Virus record (IMG/VR): IMGVR_UViG_3300020426_000391
From: a virus
Lineage: Duplodnaviria; Heunggongvirae; Uroviricota; Caudoviricetes
DNA length: 64,000 bases
Direction: 5' to 3' (one strand)
The position numbers and the translations under genes are program-made. The notes below the pieces were generated by a model. It made no database searches. It was not told where the DNA came from and saw only the letters and a program-made list of their open reading frames with translations. This document shows positions 45,646 through 54,910 of this stretch, in pieces; positions within the stretch are counted from its first letter, which is position 1, and every line of letters starts with the position of its first letter.

Positions 45646-46091
45646 CAGGCCGCCTGCTTCCGTGCTGCACCCCAGGGCTCGGGTTCGAGATTGTGGACCT
45701 CGACGCCGTAGAGGACGGCCTGGAAGAGCGCGATCCTGTCCTGCTTCCGCAGGAGATTGAAGCGTTTGGCCAGATATGTCGCCGTGAGGAACAGCCGGAA
45801 GAATTCGTCGCTCTGGGTGGTGATGAGGTTTATCTCGCCCTTGCGCCAGGAACGGAAGCCACCGGCGTCGTTTCCCGTGTAGAATTCGGGTGAACCCTCT
45901 TGGCTGAAACCAGCCTCCTGAAGTTTTTCGACTGGAACTTCTCGAACCAGCACCAGCCAGTCTTCGTCGGTATCCGTTGGCGCCGGATCACAGGTCACCC
46001 TGCTGCCGACCGGTTCCGCGTTGGCCAGCACGTCCGCGAGAGCCTCTGCGATCGTCTCGGGCAGCTTGGGGTTGACCGTCTTTTCCATCAC
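45645..46091 (-). CDS. hypothetical protein (148 aa)
   Basis: Track ORF immediately downstream of serS. Confidence 0.4.
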   Translation of the reverse strand: MMEKTVNPKLPETIAEALADVLANAEPVGSRVTCDPAPTDTDEDWLVLVREVPVEKLQEAGFSQEGSPEFYTGNDAGGFRSWRKGEINLITTQSDEFFRLFLTATYLAKRFNLLRKQDRIALFQAVLYGVEVHNLEPEPWGAARKQAA

Positions 46092-46100
46092 CTTCTCCTC

Positions 46101-47366
46101 TCAGCCAATTGCTTCCCTGTTTCCCATGTAGGGTCGCAGGGCCTCGGGGATGGCGACGCGTCCGTCTTCGAGAAGATTGTTCTCGATGATCGCGACAAGA
46201 GCGCGTCCCACGGCGAGCCCGCTCCCGTTGAGGGTGTGCACATGACGCGTCTGGCCGTCCTCTCCACGATAGCGGGCGTTCATGCGCCGCCCCTGGAAGT
46301 CGCCGCACCAGCTGATGCTGGCGATCTCGCGGTAGGCGTTCTGTCCCGGCATCCAGACCTCGATGTCGTAGGTCCGGCGCGCCGCGAATCCCATGTCGCC
46401 TGCACACAGCAGGACGACGCGGTAGGGCAGTTCGAGCCTGTCGAGGATCCGGCAGGCGTCGGCTAGCATCCTGTCGTGTTCCGCCTGCGCGTCCTCTTCG
46501 CGGCAGATCGTCACCAGCTCGACCTTCTCGAACTGGTGCTGCCGGATGTATCCGCGCGTATCCCGGCCGGCGGCGCCTGCCTCGGCGCGGAAGCACTGAG
46601 TCAGCGCCGTCAGTCGCATGGGCCTCTCGAGATCTACGATCTGTTCTCGCACGAGATTGGTGAGGCCCACCTCGGCGGTCGGGATGAGCCACCGGTCATC
46701 GGCGGTCACGAACAGGTCCTCTTCGAACTTCGGGAGTTGCCCGGTGCCTTCGAGGACTTCACGTTTCACCAAGAGCGGGATCGCCGTCTCCTGGTAACCG
46801 GCCTCGTCCGTCTGGATGTCGAGCATGAACTGGCCGAGTGCGCGCTGGAGTCGCGCCATCTGGCCGCGCAGCACTGTGTTGCGTGTGCCGGCGAGGAGCG
46901 TGCCCGCCTCGAAGTCCATGCCGAGTTCGGGGCCGAAGTCGGCATGGTGCCTGCCGGCCTCGCCGGGATCTCCTCGGCGGGCGATCTCGACATTGTCGTT
47001 TTCGTCCGCGCCGTCAGGCACATCCTCGGCCGGAATGTTGGGTAGATTGAGGAGATGTTGGTGCTGCTGTGCGGGGATGTCGTCCTGCTTCAGGTCGTAT
47101 GCGGCGATCCAGTCCTTTGCTTCCGTCACTTCCCCCTTGAGGCGCTCGGCCTTTTCGGTGTCGCCGGCCTTCATCGCCTCGCCGATCTGCCTGCTCTTGG
47201 CGTTGCGCTCGGCGAGGCGCTTCTGCTTCTCAGTCTCGTTGTCACGCAGGGCCCGGTCGAGGACGAGCAGTCGCTTGACCTGCTCTCCGGCGTCGGGAAC
47301 GCCCCGACGCGTCAATCCGTCGACATATGTCTGCGGATCGGCCCGCATTGCCTTGATGTCGTGCAT
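46101..47366 (-). CDS. serS: seryl-tRNA synthetase
   Basis: Full-length class II SerRS, including TGQLPKFEEDLF, CFRAEAGAAGRDTRGYIRQHQFEKVE, GDMGFAARRTYDIEVWMPGQNAYREIAS and HTLNGSGLAVGRALVAIIEN. Near-colinear with E. coli SerS. Confidence 0.95.
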   Translation of the reverse strand: MHDIKAMRADPQTYVDGLTRRGVPDAGEQVKRLLVLDRALRDNETEKQKRLAERNAKSRQIGEAMKAGDTEKAERLKGEVTEAKDWIAAYDLKQDDIPAQQHQHLLNLPNIPAEDVPDGADENDNVEIARRGDPGEAGRHHADFGPELGMDFEAGTLLAGTRNTVLRGQMARLQRALGQFMLDIQTDEAGYQETAIPLLVKREVLEGTGQLPKFEEDLFVTADDRWLIPTAEVGLTNLVREQIVDLERPMRLTALTQCFRAEAGAAGRDTRGYIRQHQFEKVELVTICREEDAQAEHDRMLADACRILDRLELPYRVVLLCAGDMGFAARRTYDIEVWMPGQNAYREIASISWCGDFQGRRMNARYRGEDGQTRHVHTLNGSGLAVGRALVAIIENNLLEDGRVAIPEALRPYMGNREAIG

Positions 47367-47378
47367 GGGATTTTCCTT

Positions 47379-47903
47379 TCAGATTCCCTGTTTCATGGCC
47401 GCCAGGGTCAGTCTGTCGACTCCCACGGCCCAGCCGCATCCGTTCTCGTAGCTTCCGCCGCCGGCGATCTGCTTCTGCGCACCGAGTGCTTCCACCCGGG
47501 CCTCGAAGCCGTTGCGCGAGTAGTAGGAGAGACCGCGCACGGCGTCTCCGTCGATGTCGCATTCGACGCCTGTCGCCTTCAGGGCGCTGACGAGCAGGTC
47601 GCGGCATTCGTCTTCGTAGTAACCGGGCCCTAGGACTTCGATCCCGAACTGGGTGAATTCGCGGTAGCGCCCGGCCTGCGGCCGCTCGTAGCGATAGCAG
47701 CGCTGCTCGTAGAAGACCCGGATCGGCTTCGGGAGCGACTTGCCCCAGCGTTCGCGGTATTCGCGCTGCAGGAGTGCGGTTGCCTCGGGAATGAGCGTGC
47801 AGGGGCGCCCGCCCTTGTCGTCGAAGGTCCACATCTGTCCTTCGATCTCGCGTCCCGACCGGTCGTACCATACGTCCGGTTCGGCGATCGCGGGGAGGAT
47901 CAC
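47379..47903 (-). CDS. HisRS-like class II aaRS catalytic-core fragment (about 174 aa); lacks the insertion and anticodon-binding domains and has a non-ATG (GTG) start
   Basis: Motif 1 region MWTFDDKGGRPCTLIPEATA, motif 2 YRYERPQAGRYREFTQFG, HisA-like RGLSYYSRNGFE, motif 3 GGGSYENGCGWAVGVDRL. The upstream in-frame sequence runs into a TAG without an ATG. Confidence 0.55.
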   Translation of the reverse strand: MILPAIAEPDVWYDRSGREIEGQMWTFDDKGGRPCTLIPEATALLQREYRERWGKSLPKPIRVFYEQRCYRYERPQAGRYREFTQFGIEVLGPGYYEDECRDLLVSALKATGVECDIDGDAVRGLSYYSRNGFEARVEALGAQKQIAGGGSYENGCGWAVGVDRLTLAAMKQGI

Positions 47904-48024
47904 CTCCGAGAAGCCTTCATTGATGAACCGACCTCCGGAGAGAATCGACGGTGCTGCGGAAGACGGCCGCTTCGCGGCCCTGGATGATGCGAGTGCCCTT
48001 GAGCATGATGATGTTCCTTCTGTC

Positions 48025-48246
48025 CTATCGCCTTGCGCCGCGCGCAGGCCTGTATTCGATGCGGCAGCGACTGCCTATCGGCATGATGCACTTGTCGCCG
48101 CTTCCGGTGTTTCCGATGAGGATGGGCTCCTGACCCGCGTCCTCCATGGCCTTGGCCGCCTTGCGGAGATGTTCGAGTGCGGCTTCGAACCGCAGACGTG
48201 CTGCCGTGCCCTTGGGGCCCAGGCGTCCTGCTTCATGGATGTTCAT
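48025..48246 (-). CDS. possible small protein (73 aa)
   Basis: Track ORF; not assignable. Confidence 0.25.
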   Translation of the reverse strand: MNIHEAGRLGPKGTAARLRFEAALEHLRKAAKAMEDAGQEPILIGNTGSGDKCIMPIGSRCRIEYRPARGARR

Positions 48247-48476
48247 GAGTCTGTCTCCAGGAATGTGCCGCGTTCGTGATAGCGGACGCCGGCATTGCCC
48301 TGCATGCGGATCTCGCCGCGGTCCATGGGGCCGGTCCAGCCGGATACCACCGGCTCGATGCCGAGTGCATTTAGAGCGAGGGTACAGCGGTCGACCTCGG
48401 CCATGGCGGCCTCGAATTTCGCGCGGGCTTCCGCGACGCGCGGATCCCGTGCAGACTTGTCTTCGATATCGAACAT
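48243..48476 (-). CDS. possible small protein (about 77 aa) downstream of tRNA-Gly
   Basis: C-terminal part of track ORF 48243..48674 (the N-terminal part overlaps the tRNA). Start MFDIEDKSARD. Confidence 0.3.
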   Translation of the reverse strand: MFDIEDKSARDPRVAEARAKFEAAMAEVDRCTLALNALGIEPVVSGWTGPMDRGEIRMQGNAGVRYHERGTFLETDS

Positions 48477-48494
48477 TCTCTTGTCCTTGTGAGT

Positions 48495-48568
48495 TGGAGC
48501 GGACGACCGGATTCGAACCGGCATTCTCAGCTTGGAAGGCTGATGCTCTACCATTGAACTACGTCCGC
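48495..48568 (-). tRNA. tRNA-Gly (anticodon UCC), CCA encoded
   Basis: RC GCGGACGUAGUUCAAUGGUAGAGCAUCAGCCUUCCAAGCUGAGAAUGCCGGUUCGAAUCCGGUCGUCCGCUCCA. Confidence 0.85.
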
Positions 48569-48655
48569 CTCTGGCCCTTCCGTCATCGGAAAGGCCCATT
48601 GGTCTCTTGGAAGGGCGTTTTTCCCTTCTCGGATATTTCTTGTCTCTCCGCCCCC

Positions 48656-49201
48656 TCAGGGGCGCTTTCCCCATCCGTGGAGGATGTTCTCGATCTCCTC
48701 GCGAGGGCTTTCCTGGAGGATGATCTCGATGCTGTTGTTGGCGCCGTTCCCGGCGATCGTGTGATGAGACATCGCAAGGCCTTCGAAGTAGGGGACATCC
48801 ACCACTTCGCGGATCGGCCTGCCATCGGTGATCTGACCCGTGAGGCTCTCCGGCACGTCGTCCAGGCGCACGAGTTCGCTCTGCGCGCTCATCTTCCTGC
48901 AGGAGACGCGTCCCTGGAGTATCATTCTGCGTTCGAAATCGCCCTCCTCGAGTTCCATGAACGTGAGCGAGAGTGATAGCGTGAATCCGTCTTCACCGGA
49001 TCCCCGGAGGACCTGGAGCTTGACCCAGTCCTGGTCCGCTTCGGCGATCTGCTCGCTGGCGTTGTTGATGGCGCGCACCAGGCTCGTGCGGTGCTCTACG
49101 GGAAGTCCCTTCATGATGGCACGGGCGAGATGATCGGTGAGGATGGGGATGTAGTTGTCGTTGCCTTCCGGAAGACCGATGTCGTAGGCGATCATTCCCA
49201 T
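48656..49201 (-). CDS. hypothetical protein, paralog D1
   Basis: MGMIAYDIGLPEG ... VVDVPYFEGL parallels D2. Confidence 0.45.
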   Translation of the reverse strand: MGMIAYDIGLPEGNDNYIPILTDHLARAIMKGLPVEHRTSLVRAINNASEQIAEADQDWVKLQVLRGSGEDGFTLSLSLTFMELEEGDFERRMILQGRVSCRKMSAQSELVRLDDVPESLTGQITDGRPIREVVDVPYFEGLAMSHHTIAGNGANNSIEIILQESPREEIENILHGWGKRP

Positions 49202-49725
49202 CCCTCCATGACATCCTGCCAGACGAGCGGCTCCCACCTCCCGAGAGAGGCGAGGAGATTGTTCTCCGTGATCTTGGTCGTTTCGATGACGCGCCCCTCG
49301 AACAGAGGGAAGTCGACTATCTCGGTGATGGCCTGTCCTTCGATGCCTCTTGCGATGAGAGCCTCCGGAAGACCGGAGAACAGCACGCTGTTGGCGCTGA
49401 TCATAACGCCGGCCGAATACATCTCGACTGTTCCCTCGATGAGGGCCCCGTCGAGGTTCCCGTGCTCATCCTCGGTGTCGCGTATGGTGCATTCGATCGA
49501 CATGCCCTCACCATCGTCTGCGGCAAGGATTCGGATGGGGGCGTTCGAGCCGTTTCCATACTGGTCGTTGCACCGGTCGTAGGCGAGGCAGATGCCGCGT
49601 ATCACGCTTGGCACGAGCTCATCAGGGATCCGATCGAAGAGCATCCTGGCGACGGCGTCGATCTTGAGCAGCTCCCAGTCCGGTTCTAGTTCCTTGGGAG
49701 GGCCGATGTCGTAGGTCATGCCCAT
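49192..49725 (-). CDS. hypothetical protein, paralog D2
   Basis: MGMTYDIGPPKE ... IVDFPLFEGR. Confidence 0.45.
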   Translation of the reverse strand: MGMTYDIGPPKELEPDWELLKIDAVARMLFDRIPDELVPSVIRGICLAYDRCNDQYGNGSNAPIRILAADDGEGMSIECTIRDTEDEHGNLDGALIEGTVEMYSAGVMISANSVLFSGLPEALIARGIEGQAITEIVDFPLFEGRVIETTKITENNLLASLGRWEPLVWQDVMEGWE

Positions 49726-49753
49726 GTTCCGTTTTTTCCTTCGGTGTTCTTCG

Positions 49754-50278
49754 TCAGAATGGCTCTGCGATATGAGGAAGACCGGCGACGCTCGGCGACG
49801 TGCTCAGTCTCAGACGGGTGATCTCGCCCGCGATCTGGATGCCTTCGATGTGCCGTTCCCCGAGAATGTCGATATCCACATGTTCCTTCAGGAGGCCTCC
49901 GATCGCGATACCATTGCTCCAGGTCAGGGGCATTCCCATCAGGGTTAGTCCCGCCTCGTGGATGACCCATCCCCTGTCCTTGTCCTCGATCTCTCCCGTC
50001 AGCCTGTATGTCCCGCTGGGCTCGTCTCCATGGAGGAGAAGCGTCACACGCCTTCCCGATTGCCAGCCGCGCGCGATCGTCTCGAGCGTCTGCCAGCAGT
50101 GCCGAGTGGCGAGGTCCTCGTATTTCAAGCGTATCGTCCTCACCAGCGTGGCCCTGTCCTCGATCGCTATGCGTGACATTATCTCGGAGGCGACGCGCAT
50201 GGTCCTGTAGATGCTCTCGTCGAAGGGGCGGACGGGTTCGGCGCCTATGTCGAGGCCGTCGCGGATGCTAGATGGCAT
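49754..50278 (-). CDS. hypothetical protein
   Basis: Internal start MPSSIRDGLDIG. Confidence 0.4.
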   Translation of the reverse strand: MPSSIRDGLDIGAEPVRPFDESIYRTMRVASEIMSRIAIEDRATLVRTIRLKYEDLATRHCWQTLETIARGWQSGRRVTLLLHGDEPSGTYRLTGEIEDKDRGWVIHEAGLTLMGMPLTWSNGIAIGGLLKEHVDIDILGERHIEGIQIAGEITRLRLSTSPSVAGLPHIAEPF

Positions 50279-50555
50279 CCCGTGGACTCCCTGTCGGAGG
50301 AGCGTCTCGCTGGTCTCCGCCCTCCTCGATCGGCTCACCGTCCTCGTCGACATCGTAGAAGAATCCCGGCTGGACATGGTCCTCTGCCATGTTTGGCCGG
50401 TCTTCCGGACATGGTTCATCTCCCTCTTGCGATGACCCCCCGGTATCGGGCTCCTGTGATGCGCGGCCGTATGTCGGGGTTTCCAGACATCGCGTGGACT
50501 GGCAGGCCGAGAGCGCCAGCGGAAGGATGATGACGGAGATCTCGAGACCCTTCAT
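50268..50555 (-). CDS. small lipoprotein (about 95 aa)
   Basis: MKGLEISVIILPLALSAC lipobox-like; acidic mature part. Confidence 0.4.
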   Translation of the reverse strand: MKGLEISVIILPLALSACQSTRCLETPTYGRASQEPDTGGSSQEGDEPCPEDRPNMAEDHVQPGFFYDVDEDGEPIEEGGDQRDAPPTGSPRDAI

Positions 50556-50989
50556 GGCGTCTGTCCTTGTTCCTGATTGGCAGTTGGGGAATTCAATTCG
50601 TCCAGTTCGAGGAGCGTCTGTTCCGCGGGTGTGAGTTCGGGATTCAGGGATCCGCCCGAGCGCTTGACGTCGATGCTCTGCACGCAGTCCGTGCTTCTCG
50701 ATCCGATCATCCATTCCCGGGATATGGTGAACTGCTCCATCGTCCACGGACCTCCGCGCTCGTGGTACCAGTCCATCATGTCCGCGTATGCTCTCATCGC
50801 ATTCTCGAATGGAACGCGCTGTTCCTGCAGCGCGTCGCCGATCTCGGCCAGCCTGCGTCCCATGGGCGCCAGGGGCATCAGGGGTTCCTCATCGGCATCA
50901 CGTTCCAGGAGTCTCCCCGGATCGCTCGAGGCCAGATCTCTATCCGATTGCCTGATCCGGATGATCGTCCGCTCTTCGAGCCCGATCAT
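50552..50989 (-). CDS. hypothetical protein (start uncertain)
   Basis: Track ORF; overlaps the upstream ORF by about 50 nt, so the true start is probably internal. Confidence 0.35.
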   Translation of the reverse strand: MIGLEERTIIRIRQSDRDLASSDPGRLLERDADEEPLMPLAPMGRRLAEIGDALQEQRVPFENAMRAYADMMDWYHERGGPWTMEQFTISREWMIGSRSTDCVQSIDVKRSGGSLNPELTPAEQTLLELDELNSPTANQEQGQTP

Positions 50990-51395
50990 CCGGATCAGGC
51001 TCGATGTACGGAGGTAGTCCGAGCGTTCCGACGGGATCGTCGGATATGCGCTGCCTGAGCGTCTGCGGCAGATGCCCTTCTATGATGATGTCGCCTTCGC
51101 GGTATCCCCATTCGCGTCCTTCGATCACGAGATCGATGAGAACGGTCTGCGAACCGTCATCGATGCCCCTGCTGCGGAGCTCGATTCCGGTCCATCCGCC
51201 TCCGAACCCGCCATTGTCGAGGTCCGTGAGCTGGAGGGGCAGGAAGTTCCGTACGCTCACCGGGGACGAGCCACCGCGCCACATGTCCTGCAATCCGACA
51301 TGGAGCTGAGCCTGAAATATCTGCACTCCGACGGGATGCAGGCGTGTCAGGACTTTCCACGCCATCTCGGTGGCGCGATATCGGACCTTATTCAT
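50940..51395 (-). CDS. hypothetical protein
   Basis: Track ORF. Confidence 0.4.
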   Translation of the reverse strand: MNKVRYRATEMAWKVLTRLHPVGVQIFQAQLHVGLQDMWRGGSSPVSVRNFLPLQLTDLDNGGFGGGWTGIELRSRGIDDGSQTVLIDLVIEGREWGYREGDIIIEGHLPQTLRQRISDDPVGTLGLPPYIEPDPDDRARRADDHPDQAIG

Positions 51396-51781
51396 TCGAA
51401 GTCCTTGGTCCTCCCCGCCACGCCGAGTTCGTCGACGATGGCCTGTTCGCTGTCATCGCGCTGGTTGGGCTGGAAGTAGTATTTGGCGTTGTTGCGACAG
51501 AGGTGGCTGAACATGGTCTCGCGTTTCTCGATCTCCCGGTCGTCCGCTCCCATGGGGTTGCTTCCGTCATAGCAGAGCGAGATCTTGACCAGGTCGCCCT
51601 TGTCACGTGAACTGGGCGCCAGGACGTCCTTGATGACATCGATCTCGAAGCGCTGGAGATCGGCCTCATCGGCCGGATATGCCGCATCGATCTCGGCGTC
51701 GTAGAACTCCTGCGAGTTTCCGTCGGCGTCTTCGCCCTCGTAGGTGAGGATGACGTTCGCATTCGCCTTGAAACGGTTCAT
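51392..51781 (-). CDS. hypothetical acidic protein (about 129 aa)
   Basis: Internal start MNRFKANANV. Confidence 0.4.
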   Translation of the reverse strand: MNRFKANANVILTYEGEDADGNSQEFYDAEIDAAYPADEADLQRFEIDVIKDVLAPSSRDKGDLVKISLCYDGSNPMGADDREIEKRETMFSHLCRNNAKYYFQPNQRDDSEQAIVDELGVAGRTKDFE

Positions 51782-51932
51782 TGTGTTCTCCTTCAGATGA
51801 TGACAATCGACATGATGATGGCGAGCACCAGTCCGGCCAGCAGTCCGTCGAAACCCTGCTTGGCTCGACGGGCCGTTCCGTATCGGGCTCGGTGATAGGA
51901 TCTGCGGTAGGCGTTTCTGCAGGTCCTGTAGC

Positions 51933-52169
51933 TCATGCTTCCACCCCGATGAGGCCGAGCATCGTGATGCCTTGATCCGTGAGCCAGGCCTCGTGTCCCG
52001 ATCCGTTCCGCGATGGTTCGGGTTCAAGGACCAGACCTTCGCTTTCGAGCTCCAGGAGTACGGTCTCGTCATCGTGGACCGCATAGGGGCCACTGGGCCT
52101 GTCCCTTCTGACGTCCTCGAGGCAGCGTAGCGCCTGGGTTCCGATCTGATCGGGATCGAGATGCGTCAT
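51933..52169 (-). CDS. hypothetical small protein
   Basis: Track ORF. Confidence 0.35.
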   Translation of the reverse strand: MTHLDPDQIGTQALRCLEDVRRDRPSGPYAVHDDETVLLELESEGLVLEPEPSRNGSGHEAWLTDQGITMLGLIGVEA

Positions 52170-52314
52170 TTTTTTCCTCCTTCACGGATGCCTTTCCTCC
52201 TTCGTGAAACTGGCGGATTTGCAGCTCGTCGTAATTTCAGGATAGAATTCGGAAATGGATGGTTGATTCTACAAATGACCGGTCTCTTCCGGTCCTTACG
52301 GGGAAGCGAGTAAC
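52170..52314. promoter_or_regulatory. divergent intergenic region, relatively AT-rich, likely carrying promoters for the plus-strand receiver gene and the minus-strand gene block
   Basis: The only divergent gap in the window. Local AT enrichment: aatttcaggatagaattcggaaatggatggttgattctacaaatga. Confidence 0.35.
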
Positions 52315-52680
52315 ATGAGCGGACGAGGTATCCTGATAGTCGAGGACGAAGTCCTCATCTCGATGAGTCTCGAGGACGCTCTGCATGACTGGGGGTACGA
52401 TGTGGTCGGCATCGCCCCCACGCTTGACGCGGCCTTCGGGAAGCTCTCATCGACTTCCTTCTGCGCTGCCATCCTCGATATAAATCTCGGTCGCGATCTG
52501 GTATGGCCGTTCGCCCGTGCCCTCATGGGCAGGGGGATAGGCTTCACGTTCCTGAGTTCCGATTGCGAGCGCGACGACTTTCCGTCCGATCTCGCTGGTG
52601 CTCACCGCATGTGCAAGCCCTTCGAGGAACGCCATCTGCAGGTGGTAATGAGGTCTCTCGTCCTTCCTCGTTGCGCCTGA
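52315..52680 (+). CDS. single-domain response regulator (CheY-like receiver)
   Basis: ILIVEDE acidic pocket, phospho-acceptor Asp in AAILDINLG, conserved Lys in CKPF. Confidence 0.8.
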   Translation: MSGRGILIVEDEVLISMSLEDALHDWGYDVVGIAPTLDAAFGKLSSTSFCAAILDINLGRDLVWPFARALMGRGIGFTFLSSDCERDDFPSDLAGAHRMCKPFEERHLQVVMRSLVLPRCA

Positions 52681-53712
52681 TCAGCCGATCGCCCGCGAGT
52701 TGATCCCGAACTGGCAGAGCAGTCCGGTCTCCAGCCATTCCAGCATGAAGTCGACTCCGGAGTTTGAGCTCATCCGCTTCATCAGCTGATGCCCGCTGCC
52801 GCTGTCTCCCGGGACTATCGGCACACCCGAATCCTCGCTCCATGTGAAGGTGAGAATGCCCTCCTTCTCCTGGCATTCGATCCTGACCGTTCCCTGGTCC
52901 TCGGAGAGGGCTCCGTATTTGAGGGCATTGGTCGAGAGTTCGCCGAAGATGAGGGCCATGGTCGCCAGGGCCTGTGGCCCTACGGTCGCCTCCGGCATCC
53001 CGGAGATAGTCACCTGCCTGCTTCTGCCCGTGGCCGCCAGGATGGACTGGATGGCCTCGTTCAATTCCACCGGCTGGTTGTCCCGTGCCGAGAGGATGTC
53101 CTGTGAGGTCGAGAGGCTCATCATCCGTCGGTTGAAGGATTCCATGAAGCCCTTGGTGTCATTGTGATCTCTGGCGGTCATGGCGGCCAGAGATCTGATC
53201 GCGGTGATCTGGTTCTTCAGGCGATGCCGCATCTCCCGTGAGATGAGGTCCCGCTCCTCCGCGGTGTTCCTCGCCTCCTCGAGCATGGCCTGGGACTGCA
53301 TCTGCTCGTTCCGGATGCGCGTTATGTCGCGTGACACGGCGAGGGCGCCGCTGACGCCCTTCTCGTCTTCGATGCTGGTCACGGTCACATCCCACCATGC
53401 ATCCTGACCGTTGCGCGGTCGATACGCCTCGAAGCGGTGCCGCCTCCCGTCGAGCGCCTCCTCGAGTCCGATCTGGACACTGGTCCGCGCCGTCTCGGGC
53501 CATTGCATGACCCAGCCTTCGTCCGTCTCCTCCTGGTCTCCGCAAGGGTTAGCATCGGAGGAGTTGGTGGCGATGACCCGCCCGTCCATGCCGATGATCT
53601 CCACGCAGTCACTGCTGCGCATCAGGGCTTCTTCTATTCTGTTCATTCTTTTCCGTCCGGATTCACTTGCTTTATGGATAACCAGCGTCGGGTCGTTCTG
53701 CAATCGTGTCAT
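52681..53712 (-). CDS. PAS-domain HWE-family sensor histidine kinase
   Basis: H-box HRLKNQ (HRxKN) typical of HWE/HisKA_2 kinases, ATPase block ELSTNALKYGA, N-terminal PAS-like region. Convergent with the receiver gene. Confidence 0.75.
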   Translation of the reverse strand: MTRLQNDPTLVIHKASESGRKRMNRIEEALMRSSDCVEIIGMDGRVIATNSSDANPCGDQEETDEGWVMQWPETARTSVQIGLEEALDGRRHRFEAYRPRNGQDAWWDVTVTSIEDEKGVSGALAVSRDITRIRNEQMQSQAMLEEARNTAEERDLISREMRHRLKNQITAIRSLAAMTARDHNDTKGFMESFNRRMMSLSTSQDILSARDNQPVELNEAIQSILAATGRSRQVTISGMPEATVGPQALATMALIFGELSTNALKYGALSEDQGTVRIECQEKEGILTFTWSEDSGVPIVPGDSGSGHQLMKRMSSNSGVDFMLEWLETGLLCQFGINSRAIG

Positions 53713-54626
53713 CTTTCGAATTTAACCTGGACGTGCTTTCCCATCCATGTCGTGCCGCGATTGCACTTCGATATCCTCAGACCTTCGAAGGGTCTGATCC
53801 GACCTCCTCGACCATCCGTCATGTTGACGGCGAACATCTCCTCGGCGTCACCTCCCATGTCGATGCCCTGCTGCAGGACGATCGGCAGCTTGGCGAGCTT
53901 GACCATCAGCCAGCCGTTCTGGAAGTAGATGCTCTCGTTCAGGTATCCGACGGCGGACATCCGGGATTGCCCGCGTCCCTCGATGCCGAGGACGGGTGGG
54001 TGGATGGAACCGGCCTCGCCCGTCCGGTTCGTGCTGTGGAAGACCAGACGATGTCGCATGATGGCGTCGATCACATCTTCACGAACGTCTTCCGGGATCG
54101 TTGAGAGTATCTTCTCCGCGACCGGATCTGCCTTCACGGGGTCCAAGGCGCGGACAGGTCGTCCGGGATCGTCGACGATGGGGCAGGAAGCGAGGTCCTG
54201 CAGGCTTATCTTGCGTTCGGCGTCGGAAACGGGAGGCTTCAGCGATTCCGGCCAGCAGGTGAATCCCTTGTCGTTGTTGACATAGGTGAGCTTGACGAAG
54301 GGAGGGGTCTTGCGCCCCTTGTTCGGGAGCATCAGGCGGAAGGTGAAGTCCCCGCCGCTCTGCGGGCAGATACCGCATGGATCCGCGAACCTGATCCTGG
54401 CCCACCCGGGCGCATGGGAGAGGTCGTCGGTGTGCTCCATGACGCCTTCGAGATATCGGCGCAGGAGATCGAGGAGTATCCATCGCATCCCGTTTCCGAG
54501 ACGCGGCCACAGCATGGCGAACTTGGGTTCCGCGATGAGTGGCAGATCGGAGGCGAAGCCGAGGACCGTTCTCGACTGCCGGATCGTCCAGCCATGGGCC
54601 CTTATGGCCTCTTCGACGGGGATCAT
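53709..54626 (-). CDS. hypothetical protein (about 305 aa)
   Basis: Internal start MIPVEEAIRAHGW. Confidence 0.45.
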   Translation of the reverse strand: MIPVEEAIRAHGWTIRQSRTVLGFASDLPLIAEPKFAMLWPRLGNGMRWILLDLLRRYLEGVMEHTDDLSHAPGWARIRFADPCGICPQSGGDFTFRLMLPNKGRKTPPFVKLTYVNNDKGFTCWPESLKPPVSDAERKISLQDLASCPIVDDPGRPVRALDPVKADPVAEKILSTIPEDVREDVIDAIMRHRLVFHSTNRTGEAGSIHPPVLGIEGRGQSRMSAVGYLNESIYFQNGWLMVKLAKLPIVLQQGIDMGGDAEEMFAVNMTDGRGGRIRPFEGLRISKCNRGTTWMGKHVQVKFER

Positions 54627-54910
54627 GGGCAGGCCTCTATCTCCACCTGCTTCCCGTCCGTGAGATCGATCACGATGATACCGTCCCTTGCGGCGATGCT
54701 GCTGATCCCCTTCCATCCGATGACGAACTCGTCGGCGATCTCGACTCCGTTGTCGTCCATCAGGAACTCCTCGCGACGTGCCGGGAGCATCTCGCCGTCC
54801 GGCCCCTTCACTATGGTCTGGGATGGCCTGCCGTCATCGGCCTGGCCGGCGATGGAGTAGAGGTGCTCCAGCGCCGACAGGAAGGCGTTCTTCATGGTCA
54901 TGATGCTCAT
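54623..54910 (-). CDS. hypothetical small protein
   Basis: Track ORF. Confidence 0.35.
   Translation of the reverse strand: MSIMTMKNAFLSALEHLYSIAGQADDGRPSQTIVKGPDGEMLPARREEFLMDDNGVEIADEFVIGWKGISSIAARDGIIVIDLTDGKQVEIEACP

Noticed and set aside
44258-45760. 500-aa plus-strand ORF
   Set aside because: Antisense to the odd tRNA, two hypothetical genes and the PTH2 gene, which has strong family-specific blocks on the minus strand.
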